Shown here piece by piece: positions 14,897 to 29,741 of a stretch of 64,000 nt of DNA. The stretch covers positions 43,710,001 through 43,774,000 of the forward strand of contig NC_043008.1 of the NCBI RefSeq assembly GCF_006345805.1, given 5' to 3'. The DNA comes from Octopus sinensis (Eukaryota). A program made the position numbers and the translations under genes. The notes beneath the pieces are model-generated. The model made no database searches. It was given only the letters and a program-made list of their open reading frames with translations, and was not told the DNA's origin. Numbering within the stretch: the stretch's first letter is position 1; each line of letters starts with the position of its first letter.

Positions 14897-15128
14897 CTCT
14901 TTATTGCCCACAGGGTGTTAAGCATAGAGGTGACAAACAAGGACAGACAAAGGGATTAAGTCGATTATATCGACCCCAGTGCGTAACTCGTACTTATTTA
15001 ATCGACCCCGAAAGGATGAAAGGCAAAGTCAACCTCGGTGGAATCTGAACTCAGAAACGTGAAGGCCGATGAGATGCCGCTAAGCATTTTGCCCGGTGCG
15101 CTAAAGATTCTGCCAGCTCGCCGCCTTA
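14897..15128 (-). mobile_element. tRNA-derived SINE, family A, full length
   Basis: Tail ttattgcccacaggg...ggacagacaaagggattaagtcg through head gccagctcgccgcctta. Confidence 0.92.
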
Positions 15129-16029
15129 TATCAGAAGGAGAAAAGAGAAAAAGTCCGTAGAGGAGGAAAAAATAGTCCAAGACTATATGTATATATTTAT
15201 TTATTAACACACACACGCACACACACACACACACAAACACACACGTATATACCTTTGTTTCTGTCATTGGACTGCTGCCATGCTGGGACACATGGAGTTC
15301 TCTTTCTCTCTATATATGGAGTAAAATATAGTCACTGCTGAAGTTGACATACTCAATTAAATTTCCTGGATACGTTACACTGTAAAATTATAATATAATA
15401 TGTATTGCAGCAAATAGCGAATTTTTCTTACGAAGTCATTGCATTTAACATAACCATTACATGATCAAACGGGGCGTCGTAATTAGATAGAATTAGGTTT
15501 CCATATTTCTTCAGAATTCTTGTGCAGCTGCAAATAGCATTGGAAAAAATGCAGCAAATAAATCTGATGTTTTTTTTTTTAAAAAACACATAGATTATAA
15601 AATAATTTTAAAAAAGAGATTAATTTAAAATATTTGCCACCTTTTTCTTTCATGCTTTTCCCTTTATCAAAGCCTACTTTTCTAGAACGAATGTGTTAAA
15701 TAGAAATGCTTAATTTTGTGTTTTTTTTCTATAAAAAAATACGAAGGAAACATCGCATACACATAGACACACACGCGCGCGCAAAAGTATTGGAAAATAC
15801 GACATTTAATCAAAAAATAAATTTCGTTGTTGCCAGAAGGAAGAATGGATGTTAAAAGCCTATAATTTTTACATTACATTTTTGTTCACGTTTCTCTTGC
15901 GTCTAGTTCGTAAAGTAGCGTGAGATGGAATACCATGAAGCTTGATTAAAATTTTTTCGAAAAACACATTAAACCTCTTTTCTCTCCATCCATCTCTTCT
16001 TTCTTTCTCAAAAACTCTCTGTCTCTCTC

Positions 16030-16086
<57 letters not shown>

Positions 16087-16972
16087 GGTGTTTGTTTCAG
16101 CTTGAAACGAAGACGTGAGATTTCGAAGTACACCGTGGTTTAATTTTCATGTCTTACCAAAACTGGAATCCCAAAATTTACATAATATTAGCTTTCTATT
16201 TAATTAAAAAATCTCACTCGGATTCCATTTATTTTTTTCATTTGGATTTTCATCATGGTCAAGTCTGAACCGAGAAGAAAGAAAATGGGAACGAAAAGAA
16301 TAAAAGAAAACTTTAAAATAGTTTAATTTTGAAATAAATTAAATTTCGTTATTTATACAAATGATCAAAAGAATGTTTTAATCGTATTGAATTCAAATTT
16401 TGGTTTCCATCTCGTTTTATCATTTCATCGTTAGATCATAATTACAATGGCTGCTGCTCATCTGAAATTACTATTTGGCGTGTATGCCCCATCAGCTAAA
16501 GGCCAACTAACAAAAGGAAAAGCCGTTTCTGTCTCCTCTTGTAACCCGTACCGCTTTTCACTTTCCAAGCCCCGCACAAGATTCTTCTTTTAAACCTTCC
16601 TCCAAACTACGATGACCTTCTGACATGCCCACCTCGCCAGCGTATTTGCATGTAGACGACGTCGAGTTACAGATATTCATTGATGTCACTGGTGTCGGAG
16701 GTCGGTGAAAAAAACTGGACAGGATCCTTTTCTTTGACTAAGCCTTAGAACACACCCACACCTAACCCCCCCCCCACACACACTCACAAACACACAGAAA
16801 CACACATACACACACACACAATAACACAAACACACACGCACACACACACACACAAACACACACACAGAAACACACAAACACACAAACACACACACACATA
16901 CACACAAACACACACAAACACACACAAACACACAAACACACATAAACACACAAACACACACAAACACACAAG

Positions 16973-17006
<34 letters not shown>

Positions 17007-17014
17007 TTACGATA

Positions 17015-17174
17015 GGCTTCTTTTCAGTTTCCGTCTACCAAATCTACTCACAAAGCTTTGGTCGGCCTGAGGCTATAATAGAAGAGTTTCGCCCAAGGTG
17101 TCACGCAGTGGGAATGAACTCGGAACCATATGGTTGGTAAGCAAGCTACTTACCACACAGCCACTCCGCGCCTA
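17015..17174 (-). mobile_element. tRNA-derived CORE-type SINE, family B (head and core)
   Basis: Reverse complement: ggcgcggagtggctgtgtggtaagtagcttgcttaccaaccatatggttccgagttcattcccactgcgtgacaccttgggc...ggaaactgaaaagaagcc. Confidence 0.9.
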
Positions 17175-17970
17175 TATTTTGAAATATAATATTAAAAGAA
17201 AAAAAATTCTGCATTGTTAGCAGCTTTCACCATTCTGTATTCACTCAATATTCAATTCCTTTACTACAAATCTTCAAGCGAACTACAACATTCTTCGAAA
17301 TAATATAATCTTTATTTAGACGTTAATATTGTAAGGAAAATTTCACAGTCGGGACTGAAACAGCGAGAAATATTCTGGCTTGCTAGTCTTAGTGGTTGTA
17401 AAAACTATAGACTACGTATCAGAGAATTGTTGAAGATTTTGAAAGGGAAATGAAATACGATAACCTGTTTGTAGGTTTAAAGAGATATAGATAGCTATTA
17501 CGAAATATATTGTTAGGATGAACTGTCTAATGCTCGTGACAAGTTGTTGAAAAGATGCCAAAGTGTTCACCTCATAAACTTCACATAATATCAAGTAATC
17601 ATTTAAAAACGACAACGAAAAATCGTTTTGAAGTATCTAAATTACTTTATAAGCTTTAAGACAAAAGAGAGCTTCTGGGCGGCAAGAGAATGGGTAACCG
17701 TACAGAAAATATATATTTAATGAGATAAAAGGTATTTTAAGGTTTCGTTTTTATTCGTTCAAAATTCGGTAACGGTAATGATGTAAAAAAAAAAGATTTA
17801 ATAATTAAGATGATGATGTTGATGATAATGATGATGATGATGATGAAGCGATGATGATGATGATGATGAGGATTACAAGAACATCCTCATGATGATAATC
17901 ATCACTACCAACAAAACTTAAGATAATAATAATAACAAAAACAACAACATCAATAATAATAGTTTTAAAT

Positions 17971-18180
17971 TTAGGCACAAGGCCAGCAATTTCGCAGAAG
18001 TGGGTAAGTCGATTATCATCAACCCCAGAGCTCAACTGGTACTTATTTTATCGATCCAGATAAGCTGAAGGCAAAGTCAAAGTCGACCTCAGCGGAATTT
18101 GAAATCTTAAAGTAAAAAAACCCCGAAGAAATGCTGCTAAGCATTTTCTCCGACATTTTGAGGATACTTCGAGCTCCCAG
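17971..18180 (-). mobile_element. tRNA-derived SINE, family A
   Basis: taggcacaaggccagcaattt...agtcgacctcagcggaatttgaa...ctaagcatttt, beside an AAT/GAT tract. Confidence 0.85.
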
Positions 18181-18185
18181 CTTTT

Positions 18186-18307
<122 letters not shown>

Positions 18308-18441
18308 CATTATTATTATTATTATCATCATCATTATTATTATTATTCTATGTTTGACTTTTGCTTTATATTTGTATAAGTTGGCTCCAAGTCTCACCCA
18401 GAGAGCTCAAGAGACAACAGGCTATTATTATTATTATTATC

Positions 18442-18507
<66 letters not shown>

Positions 18508-18508
<1 letters not shown>

Positions 18509-18990
18509 ACCATGGCCTCCAAAGAGCAAATCCCAAGACTTACTGAAAATGAGGGTTGGATTGCAAAACCCTGTTGAAGGCAATGCTTCAGTGTGAGACA
18601 ATCAGTTTAAACATCGGAAACCTGACATTATTGTAGTGTACAGAAACAAAACGAACGATAATTTACATAGCCTGTCCTGGTGACAGCAGGATCGAAGAAA
18701 AGAACGATAAAACTGCACAGCTAAGACGAATTGGAGCGGGAAATACGCAGGTTGTGGGCAATGAAGAAAGCAGATGTGATTCGAATAGTGACTGGTGCAC
18801 TTGGAAGTATCAGGACTCGACTACCAGCAAGGCTCAAAAAGACTAGAACGAATGTAAACACGCACAAAATATCCTCATTGCCTGGAAGAGCAAGAGTACT
18901 CCATAGGGGTCTTGAAGCATGGTCACTGAACAAGTGTCACTTCAGTGTGCTGACTGTGGACAAGGGAAAGTTTCGAACGCACAAAGCAGT
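18508..18990 (+). mobile_element. R4/Dong-clade non-LTR retrotransposon 3' fragment (restriction-like endonuclease), frameshifted
   Basis: Across frameshifts: HRKPDIIVV...IACPGDSRIEEK...ELEREIRRLWAMKKADVIRIVTGALG, the PD-(D/E)xK RLE tail of R4/Dong elements. Confidence 0.85.
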
Positions 18991-19031
18991 ATAAATTTGA
19001 GATTATTCATGATGCAATAGTAATCATAATA

Positions 19032-19067
<36 letters not shown>

Positions 19068-19485
19068 GTGACGACAAAGACGACGATGATGCGGGTAATG
19101 ATGATTATTCTGAAGAAGAAGAAGAAGAAGAAGAAGAAGAAGAAGAAGAAGAAGAAGAAGAAGAAGAAGAAGAAGAAGAAGAGAAGAAGAAGAAGATAGA
19201 TTAGTAAAAGTAGAAATATGATTGTCATGTTGATGTTAAGGATAATGATACTGCTGGCGATGAAGATGATGATGATGAAGATGATGCTGATGATGATGAT
19301 TAACATTGAAATAAGCCTCTTATTTTGGGTAGGTTTTTCACTAATAAATGTCAATAATCTGGAATGTTATCATAAGGAAATATTTCTCGAAGACAAATTT
19401 AAGTTTTCTAAGAATTATCTGATTATAGTTATCAAGTAACCTACTTTCATAACCTACCTGTTTAACCACACACACTCACACACTC

Positions 19486-19531
<46 letters not shown>

Positions 19532-20652
19532 ATATATATACTAACATACATACGTACACGCACGCTCATATATGTATGTATATATATCTATGTAATGTGT
19601 AGGAGAAGGGAAACAAGCGTGGTGTGGACATCGTTGGAATAGTGGTCGGATAGAAGAGAGTTTAAATCCCGTTTATTCCAGGACGGGTGCCCCAGCCATG
19701 GAAAGTTAGCTATAAGAACGTTCCTCATCGTGCCGGTATTGAAAAGAAAAAGCAGATAAACATGTAGGATTAATGCGTGTTTACATGAAATGAAAGGGGT
19801 TATGTAATAGTCTGATCTTGACAGCTGTTTCGGGTGTACTGTCATTTATGCTGTAACCACGTTCATATACATAATAAAGAAATTGCGATAGAAATAAGTT
19901 TATATTATTTGTTTCCTCGGCGCGTATGACAATTCTTGTTGCTTGAAACCTCTGCATTGAATGTTCAGTGTGCAATTGGATGCCTAACCACAGGGTATCG
20001 TCAGGGGAGTACTTCATTACATTATGTTACAGAGTTCAAATGTTTGAAGTTGGGTAGATGGCAAGACACTATATAAGTATTATGAGAGCGAATTAGATAA
20101 AAAAAAAAGCAAATGGCTTGGAAAGATAGAGGGAAAAACTAGGGAAAGGGAAAGAGGAAGAGAGAAAAAGAATGAAACAATTACGACTGTCATTAAAAAA
20201 GAAAGGAAAAAAACCCTAAAAAGTAGTGTATATAAGTGAAAAATAAATAAATAAATATATCATAGAGATAATGAGATATATATAAAAAAAAAGCAAAGCG
20301 AGAGAGAGAAATGAAAAGGAAATATGTAAAATAAAAGAGAGGAGAGGAGGGAGTAGAATGACAGAGACAATGAAAAAAGGGAGTGTCTTGTAATGGTCAG
20401 TCTTTTAATACATTCAGTGAAACAGACGGATGGATATTGGAAAAATAAATATAAGCACAAATATACAAGAATATAATGGTATGAGTTGGTCATGACCTTA
20501 CACTTGCTGGGTTTTACTCAACAGACAAATAAACAAATAAAAAAATGTCTCGCCATCTGTTCAGCTTCAGATATTTGATCTCAGTAACATAATACAATAA
20601 AGTGTTCCCCTGACGATCAGTTGTGGTTAATTGTGTTTATCATAATTTCTCA

Positions 20653-20729
<77 letters not shown>

Positions 20730-20736
20730 GTCTATC

Positions 20737-20804
<68 letters not shown>

Positions 20805-21168
20805 CTATCCTATCTACCTATCTATCTATCTATCTTTTTGTAGACAGAGTTAAAATCTAAGCGGTGTCCTTTCGAAGCACATCTCCTTATTTCTGTTTTC
20901 CAAATCTCTATGTAGATGCTATATTTATGAGCGGCATGCATAAGAGTTCAAAACAACGGGTCAGACGTTTTGCGAAGTAATAATATCAAATCGGAAAATT
21001 GGTAAGCTTATGTTTTTTCCAAATCACCATTACACGTGTTTCATTTGCTAATAGGTGTTACGAAATTATACATGTAGTAGCATAATAACATTATTTGATT
21101 CTCTGTCTGAAGAATCTCAAAGAAGTAATTTCTTACATGATTTCTACCAAATCTACAATTTTGCCTCT

Positions 21169-21210
<42 letters not shown>

Positions 21211-21235
21211 TATATATATATATATAATATATATA

Positions 21236-21280
<45 letters not shown>

Positions 21281-21322
21281 TATATATACGTACATATATG
21301 CATATGTATACGTATATGCATA

Positions 21323-21391
<69 letters not shown>

Positions 21392-21396
21392 CGATA

Positions 21397-21565
21397 GATC
21401 GCTAGCCACTACACATTCTTTATTTTCTCTACTTGTTTCTTTCTGTCTTCCTTTCTGTGGAAGAGCGTAGGCTCGAAACGTTAGGCTTTTTCACTTCTCC
21501 AGCGTTATACTAATGCATCTACATCACCTGTGTTCGTCTTTTATTTTTTTGTGAATTCTCCCTAT
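21397..21565 (+). mobile_element. Small TA-flanked element with variant hammerhead-like motif
   Basis: gatcgctagccactacac...cttt-ctgtgga-a-gagc-gtag-gctc-gaaacgtt...gcgttatactaat...ctccc, with (TA)n on both sides. Confidence 0.75.
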
Positions 21566-22765
21566 ATATATAGATATATGTGTGTATATATATACATATA
21601 TAAGTGTATATATACATATATATATTTCGATGGGTGAATGAATTATCCTATGTTTACTGTTAACATGGAAAATTCAATACATACACGCATATATATATAT
21701 TGATAAAAACGGTAAGACAACAAAAGAATGAAAGAGACCTCGATATTATGTAAAGAGAGGAATTTATCTGTAAATGTAATATGTGACAATTATTCGGTAG
21801 CCAAGATAAAACTCCGAGTTTCGGATGCCGAGGTGGAAATATATATCCTGTGTGTGTGTGCATTAAAGTATGTGTATATGTTTATGTGTGTGTGTGTGTA
21901 TACATACATATATATATATATATCTGTGTGTGTATATGTGTATGCTTGTATGTGTAAATGTGTGAACGCATCGTATTTGCATTGTAGCTCAGAATCATAT
22001 GTTTATGTAATATATACATAGACAGCCATTTACAAAGACGTGTTGTACTGATACAAAATAAAATTTATAATCAACATTCGAAGATTCGAAAAGATTTCCT
22101 TATAGAATATAATCTGTTGTTTGAACCAAATCTGACATGTCAAATTCTTTTTTATTTATCTACTTTGCTAATATGAAAGTGAAAACTGTTTTCGAAAGAA
22201 ACTACGTATCTGTTACATTGAATGTTTGTGTGAAAAAAGATAGAGAAGGATTCTTATATTGGAGAAATCTATATTTGGAAATAAATATTTTATTTTAGTA
22301 GTGTCATACAAATGAAAAACCGTTGTGAGAACTGTTAAGGAGCTGAAACAGAACAAACAGCTTAGAAATTCTTTTCTCTTGTAGGTTCTCTTAGAAATCT
22401 TCACAAGAATATGACAAGTCTCATCGTAGCTATCATCAAAACAAACTTTAGCGGATACTCAAGGAAAAAAGGAATATGTTGTACTCGTGTTTTAAAGCTG
22501 GTAGTTACGAAGTTTCAATTTGCTCCAGTTTATAATATGTCTAATACGTTTAATTTAACACTGTTAGTTCGACGATTTAAAAGCGGGATTTATCTGCACC
22601 ATACACGTGGTTGTGTGGTTCAGTGGTTCGCGTCGTAAACACGTAACGCATTCAGTGTTACTGCACGGCATCATGAGCAAGCCAATGCTCTGTGAGTTAA
22701 CTTGATAGATAGAATTTGTGTAAAACTCCGTCTATGTATGTATACTCTTTTACTCTTTTACTCTT

Positions 22766-23123
22766 TTACTTGTTTCAGTCATTTGACTGCGGCCATGCTG
22801 GAGCACCGCCTTTAATCGAGCAACTCGACCCCGGGACTTATTCTTTTGTAAGCCCAGTACTCACTTTATCGGTCTCTTTTTGCTGAACCGCTAAGTAACG
22901 GGTACATAAACACACCAGCATCGGTTGTCAAGCAATGCTAGGGGGACAAATACAGACACACAAACACACACACGCATATATATATATGCTTCTTTCAGTT
23001 TCCGTCTACCAAATCCACTCACAAGGCTTTGGTCGGCCCGAGGCTATAGTAGAAGACACTTGCCCAAGGTGCCACACAGTGGGATTGAACCCGGAACCAT
23101 AACCACACAGCCACTCCTGCGCC
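22766..23123 (-). mobile_element. CORE-type SINE family B, head plus tail with internal microsatellite
   Basis: Tail ttgtttcagtcatttgactgcggccatgctggagcaccgcc...; head ttcagtttccgtctacc...cccaaggtgccacacagtgggattgaaccc. Confidence 0.9.
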
Positions 23124-24023
23124 TGTATGTATATATATATATATATATAATAACAAAATAATAAAAAAAAATATGCATATTACATACATCTATATGTATA
23201 TATACATGCATATATGGGTACAGGACACCAAAAAAACGTCGAACAAAATGAGAAACGAACACATAAAATCAAAACCATGGAAACAGACTTTTTTCAAACA
23301 ACGAAAAAGCAGAGTACAAGACATACAACACAAGGATTATTCCCCTTCTTCAGCTGCCCCTGCTTCGCCTTCTCCATATATAAAGAATATTAGGGGTTTA
23401 GTTCACTGGTGATCTAGACGTGTAAGTGCTATGATTGGTCATCCGTTAAGTTCCAAGTTCACAGCTGAGGCTGGAGCCAGGGATCCGTAGTAGTCTTCCG
23501 TTTTACCACGTAAATATTAGAGGAAAAAGGACAACGAAACCATGGCTGGACGAGTACCTCATGTCATTGAGAATATTTAATTAGGGTAAGCCAATTGTTT
23601 TGTTTAGTTGTATGATTTAGTCAAAGCTCTTTCGTTGCTATTAGTAACGTTTTCAGTCCGTTACGAAGGCCGATTTTAACAGCCTGAGACCGTGTTATTA
23701 TTATTATTATTGTTTTTAGTTTTAATCAAGTACAGATTTACATTTAGGTGATTAAAAGTACAGTGATTAGAAATAAAGTTTATATGGGGAAACTTTTCAA
23801 TTTCATTTATAAATTTCATTCTATAATTGAAATTTAAAGAAGAAAAATTGCATTATTATTTCTTTTGCTTTTTGCGTGTTGTTTATTTTTTTTATTATTG
23901 ATTCGAAATATTTGTATACACCGGAAGGATTTTTCGCTATCTTAAATTTAAAACGACCTTAATTCAATAAAGGATGTAGATCTTCTAACACAGATACAGA
24001 CACAAACACACAGAGACATATAT

Positions 24024-24054
<31 letters not shown>

Positions 24055-24056
24055 CT

Positions 24057-24087
<31 letters not shown>

Positions 24088-24287
24088 GCATACATACATA
24101 TATATATGTATATATACATATATATATACACACACACATATATATATATATACACATATATATACACGCATATATATAATATATATATACACACACACAC
24201 ACATATATATATAACACACATATATATTTATACACACATGTATATACATATATATATATATACATATATATACACACATATATATAT

Positions 24288-24327
<40 letters not shown>

Positions 24328-25241
24328 GCACATCTACACACTCATATATGTGTAATATGCCTACACACACATATATATATATGTATGCATATATATATAT
24401 ATATGTGTGTGTGTGTCAATGTGTGTATGTGTGTGTGCTATACACATATATATACATTTATAAATAAATATAAATATATATATGTGTGTGTGTGTGCGTA
24501 TGTTTCTGCATTGTATTGCTTTGCATGTTAGACTAAGAATGACGACGACGACGACGACGACGATGACAACGTGGAGGAGGAGGAAGAGGAGGGGAGAAGG
24601 AGGGAAAGAGAAAGAGGATAGGAAGAAGGCAAAAAAAAAATACACGAGAAAAAATATCAACCAGCAAATGCGTAAGTTTGCAAAGCCTTTAATAGCGAAA
24701 TGAATGGCGAATAGTATATAATGAAATTTATTGGAGCGTAAAAGAAAGAAATTTATTTGTTGGAATTCCGATGCATTTCGCGATTCTGATACGCCGTTTG
24801 AGGCCCTAAGGCGTTGCAGTACTTTCAACACTGCGCATATTTTCTAACATTAAAAATTCAATTATATTTTCATTCAAATATTGGTCCTTTGAATCCTATA
24901 CTTGTGGTTATTTATAAAATATATAAACATCTATTCTTTAATTTATCACTAATCTACTCACACATATAGATCTATATTACATATTATATATGCAAACACA
25001 GACATACACACACACTCGCACACTCGCACATACACACGAATAATAAACACTTACACACACATACACGCATATAGGTACATAGCACAAATTACAATGATCG
25101 CAAGATTATGTTTGTTCCCTGCGTACGTTTCAACATTGTGGTTGTTCGTAACTTATTATTGGATGGTCCGAGTGCAATTGGATTCTGAATCACTACAGAT
25201 CACCGAGAAAAACATTTTACTGCATTACGTTACAGAGAGCT

Positions 25242-25410
25242 AAAGCGGTGAGCTGGCCAAACCATAAGCACACCGGACAAAATGCTTGGTGGCAATTCTC
25301 CAGTCCTTACGTTCTGAGTTCAAATCCCACCGAGATCAATTTCACCTTGCAACATTTCGGGGTCGATAAAATAAGTACCGGTGCAGTACCGGGATTCGAT
25401 GTAATCGATC
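25242..25410 (+). mobile_element. tRNA-derived SINE, family A (diverged)
   Basis: aaagcggtgagctggc...gttctgagttcaaatcccaccgagatc...ttcggggtcgataaaataagtacc. Confidence 0.85.
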
Positions 25411-25690
25411 AAAACCTCAGCGCCAATAGAATATGGGATTATGTTACAGCGAGATAATGTCTGAAGTTGGATAAAAGGCGACGCATTTTATAAGTATTTT
25501 GTGAGGGAAGATTGTATTAAATTAAAGGTATTAATGCTAAAAAATATTCTTAAAAAAAGGAGAGTGAGACAAACCTTAATTGAGAACGATATCGTGTGGC
25601 GCTAATTACTTCTCGCCGAGTGTTTGAAAAGCTGAAAATAGCGAAAGCGCTTAATACGACACAAACATCCTTTTATTATGTTTGTGTCAA

Positions 25691-26007
25691 AGTCGACCTC
25701 GGCGGAATTTGAACACAGAATGTAGCGGTAGACGAAATACTTATTTCTTTACTACCCACAAGGGGCTAAACACAGAGGGGACAAATAAGGACAGACAAAG
25801 GGATTAAGTCGATTAAATCGACCCCACTGCGTAACTGGTACTTAATTTATCGACCCCACTGCGTAACTGGTACTTAATTTATCGACCCCGAAAGGATGAA
25901 AGGCAAAGTCGACCTCGGCAGAATTTGAACTCAGAATGTAGAGGTAGACGAAATACTACTAAGCATTTAACCCGGCGTATTAACGATTCTTCCCGCTCGC
26001 CGCCTTA
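25691..26007 (-). mobile_element. Composite family A SINE: extra 50-nt SINE segment plus full copy with an internal 32-bp duplication
   Basis: 25691-25740 matches 25907-25956; cgaccccactgcgtaactggtacttaatttat occurs at 25819 and 25851. Confidence 0.85.
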
Positions 26008-26057
26008 CAGCAGTAGCGTATTGTGAAACGAAATGTTTTATTCCAGAATACGAAAAG

Positions 26058-26125
26058 CTGCCTCGTCTGGGAATCGAATCCACGGTTTGGCGTTCGTGAG
26101 TGCAACCTTGACCACTAGGTCATGA
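26058..26125 (-). pseudogene. tRNA-like relic or isolated SINE head
   Basis: Reverse complement gacctagtggtcaagg...ggattcgattcccagacgaggca has A-box and B-box-like motifs; no clean cloverleaf. Confidence 0.4.
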
Positions 26126-26324
26126 TACATACAGCATTCGGATGGATATTTATTCTTTTAGTCCACAGTCTCAAGTATGATAAAAATCGTTTTTCATCTC
26201 CTAACTTACCCGCCATATTCTTCAAGACCAATATCTCTGCTAATTCACAAAACATAAGAACTAAGCGTATAGGAACTTCTTGATAGAATAGTCTTGAGCT
26301 ATTCGATAAGAGCGATTTCAAAGT

Positions 26325-26566
26325 TTGGCAGAAGGCCAGCAATTTTGAGAGGATGGAATTAACGGATACCACTAATCCCAGTACTTGACCGGTATTTAAT
26401 TTATCGAACCGGAAAGGCTGAAAGCCTAAATTGGTCTTAGCGGGATTTAAGTTCAAAACGTGAGGAACAGCGACAAATACTGTAAAACTACCCAAAACGT
26501 AAGGACGGAAGAAATCCCGATAAACATTTCATTTGGTGAGCTAACAACTCTGCTAGCTCGCCGCCA
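26325..26566 (-). mobile_element. tRNA-derived SINE, family A (diverged)
   Basis: aaggccagcaatttt...ttatcgaaccggaaagg...ctgctagctcgccgcc. Confidence 0.75.
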
Positions 26567-26600
26567 TAATGATAATAATAATATAATAATAATAATAATA

Positions 26601-26638
<38 letters not shown>

Positions 26639-26661
26639 TATTATTAATATTAATAAAAATG

Positions 26662-27175
26662 ATCTTAACTGACTGGAAGTGTTATCATGTACATTGTTTT
26701 GTCTTGGTATAAAAGATGGGCTACAGCAAATATTCTGCTCAATACCACAGATTTGCTTGTCAGTTGTTTGACCTTAAACAGTTGAGCATGTCCCTTAGTG
26801 GCTGACGATATGTGCATCTCTGATCACGAGTAGAAGTAGTGGGGGAGCATCATAGCCATGTGTTGAGAGGGATTCTTTTGGGTTTGAATGATTCACCCCT
26901 GGGAACATGGGTATTTCATTCAACATCCTTAAACAACCCTAAATCAAGGACCTTTTGAGTGGGATGGGTTACCCAACCAGAAGAAAATTCTAACTGGGCC
27001 CCACCCGCAAGGTCATGTGCTGTTTATCTTGTTATGAGATCACCATGTCGTGCACATATGGTTGTGATGCATTTGCCTGGTGTACCTTTATCAGACGGGT
27101 AGTCCTGATGGGTATACTGGGCTTCGTATATTTTACCCCAGTGTCACTTTGATGGCATGCACTGCTCTTTCACTC
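26662..27175. mobile_element. Unclassified interspersed repeat of about 510 bp inside an (AAT)n tract, copy 2
   Basis: Homologous to 12865-13350; (AAT)n at 26567-26660 and 27176-27235. Confidence 0.85.
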
Positions 27176-27213
<38 letters not shown>

Positions 27214-27244
27214 CAACGATGATCGTGATAATAATCTTCTCTAC

Positions 27245-27838
27245 TATAGCCGCAAGGTCTGAAATTGTTGGGGAGGGGACTAGTCTATTACTTCGACCCA
27301 GTATTTTACTGGTACTTATTTTACGTATTCCGAAAGGATGAATGGCAAAGTCGACCTCGGCGGAATTTGAACTCAACGTAGCGACAGGCGAAACACTGTT
27401 GAGCATTCCGTCCACCGTGCTAACGATTCTGCCAGATCGCCGCCTTGAAGATGGTGATAATAACAACAGAAATGGTTTCAAATTTTGACTCAATGCCAGC
27501 AATGTTGAGGGAGATGTAGGTCGATTACATCGACACCAGTACTCAACTGGTACTTATTTTATCAACCCCAAAAGGATAAAAAGCAAAGTCGATCTCGGCG
27601 GAATTTGAACTCAGAATGTGAAGACGGACGAAATGTTGCTAAGTATTTTGCCCGCTGCAATAACGGTCCTACCAGTTCGCCGCCTTAGAATTCTTTCTTA
27701 ATAGTGATTTGAAATTTTGGCAAAAAGCCAGCAAGTTCACTGGGAAAGGGGATAAGTCGATTAGATCGACCCCACTGCTCAACTGTCACTTACTTTATCA
27801 ACCCCGAGAGAATGAAAGACAAAGTCAACTTCGGCGAA
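27245..27838 (-). mobile_element. Head-to-tail cluster of three family A SINEs
   Basis: aaagtcgacctcggcggaatttgaactc near 27347, aaagtcgatctcggcggaatttgaactc near 27585, aaagtcaacttcggcgaaat near 27820 (truncated). Confidence 0.9.
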
Positions 27839-28814
27839 ATATTGTTCCTTCACGATAAACACTTTTGAAAAGAGATTTTTAAATGTGAAGAAATATAGTT
27901 TTCGATGGAAGTATGTGAGATATTGTTTTTCATGTTAAAAAACAGCGTCTAAGAGTCTCTAATTAGAACGTGGGTTGAAAGATAAAGTTATGTCCGTTGT
28001 TTGTGTTAGATATGCGTTAAAAAAGAAAGAAAAGAAAAAAATAAATCGTGTGCTGATGTGGATAAGATCCAAATTATTTTCGCACGAGGAACAACTTGCT
28101 CCAAAGCAAAAAATCTCTATTTCTTTGCATACCAAAAGATGACGGGTTTTTACATTTCCAGAAGACAGGTTCTATTGCAAAGAAGATAGGATCTCTTTGG
28201 CGCAGAACTGGTACAAATACAGATAATGCAAGACTTCAATAGCATTTCTTAAGGAAAGAAGGAAAAATCCAGTAGCAAATTCCAAGAGAGTTTAGAATTA
28301 TCGAGACATTATTAAACTCGGTTTATGCTACTGAGGTAGCATTAAATCAATGTCACCTCTTGTGTATCATAGCAGAGATACACCCACAGTGAGTCGGCAT
28401 AATGCTGTGTGATTATCTCCCTTCATTCTCTTCATACACATATCACAGCTGCACACACAGTTATCTATAACATGTCTCCAGAGTATATCCCGCCTCGCAC
28501 CTTGGTAATTACACATTGACAATCTGGTTGGATTCCTTCACTAGTAAAAACCTTATTGATGCTCATAAACGCTTTCTGGTTCACTTTTATTTCTTTCTCC
28601 CTTTTCTTTGCTCTTTCTTAATTTGTCGTGGGTTCTGTTACATTTAATCCATCTTCTTTCGCTATAAATATTTTTACAAGTTTTCTTTTTTTAAATCTTT
28701 TCATACAGGTTCTTCCTTTACCTATCCATTTCTACACATTAAACTCCTGACTGCATTTCCTACATACGTTTATGCTTATTTCTTTTGCTGTATGTATATA
28801 TATATATATATATA

Positions 28815-28960
28815 TGGAGAGTTGACGAACAAAAACAGAAGACGAAGACATGTGGTGTACAAAACAAACAGATGTATTAGTATAACGCTCAGAAATAGAA
28901 AAAGTCTTTTACGTTTCGAGCCTACGCTCTTCTACAGAAAGGGACACAGAAAAAACTACA
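28815..28960 (-). mobile_element. Small TA-flanked element with variant hammerhead-like motif
   Basis: Reverse complement: ccttt-ctgtaga-a-gagc-gtag-gctc-gaaacgta-aaagac (28904-28943). Confidence 0.75.
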
Positions 28961-29097
28961 TATATATAAGCAATCGCTTTTCTAAATAAAATTGCACTAC
29001 ATTTCTGAAGCTCCGATGAAGCTGTAGAGTGATACAGAAGCAATCAAATAGCAGAAACAGCTGTCAGCTAATAAAGTTCATAGCTTATTTCTTTATC

Positions 29098-29256
29098 AGA
29101 CGTGGCACCGTAGTAAGAAGCTTGCTTCCCAACTACATGGTTCCGGGTTCAGTCCCATTGCGGGACATCTTGGGCAAGTGTCATCTACTATGGCTTCAGG
29201 CTGACCAATGTCTTGAAAGTGAATTTGGGAGACGGAAACTGAAAGAAGCCCATCGT
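29098..29256 (+). mobile_element. CORE-type SINE family B (head and core)
   Basis: agcttgcttcccaactacatggttccgggttcagtccc...cttgggcaagtgtc...ggaaactgaaagaagccc. Confidence 0.88.
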
Positions 29257-29354
29257 ATATATATATATTATATATATATATATATTATATAATATATATA
29301 TATATACGATGGGTTCTTTCAGTTTCCGTCTCCCAAATTCATATATATATATAT

Positions 29355-29540
29355 GTATTTACACACATTATTTACATTATTTACATTTGAAGAATATTTG
29401 TCATCTTGTTTGTTGTGTTAACAACATTTCGGCTGATATACCCTCCTGCCTTGATCAGGTGCCTTGGGGAAATTTCGAACCTGGGTTCTCATTCCTAAGG
29501 TATTTTTCGATGTTATTGTAATAAGAGAAATAATAATAAC

Positions 29541-29620
<80 letters not shown>

Positions 29621-29705
29621 GAAGAAGAAGAAGAAGAAGAGGAAGAACAATAATAATCATAATGATAATAAAAATAATAATAATGATAATAACAAATACA
29701 ACAAC

Positions 29706-29741
<36 letters not shown>

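Noticed and set aside
16447-16593. 48-codon ORF MAAAHLKLLFGVYAPS... with good Kozak context
   Set aside because: Short, no homology recognised, within chance expectation for 64 kb.
23330-23360. CUGAAGA plus hairpin on the minus strand
   Set aside because: No GAAA after stem II, so the hammerhead core is incomplete.
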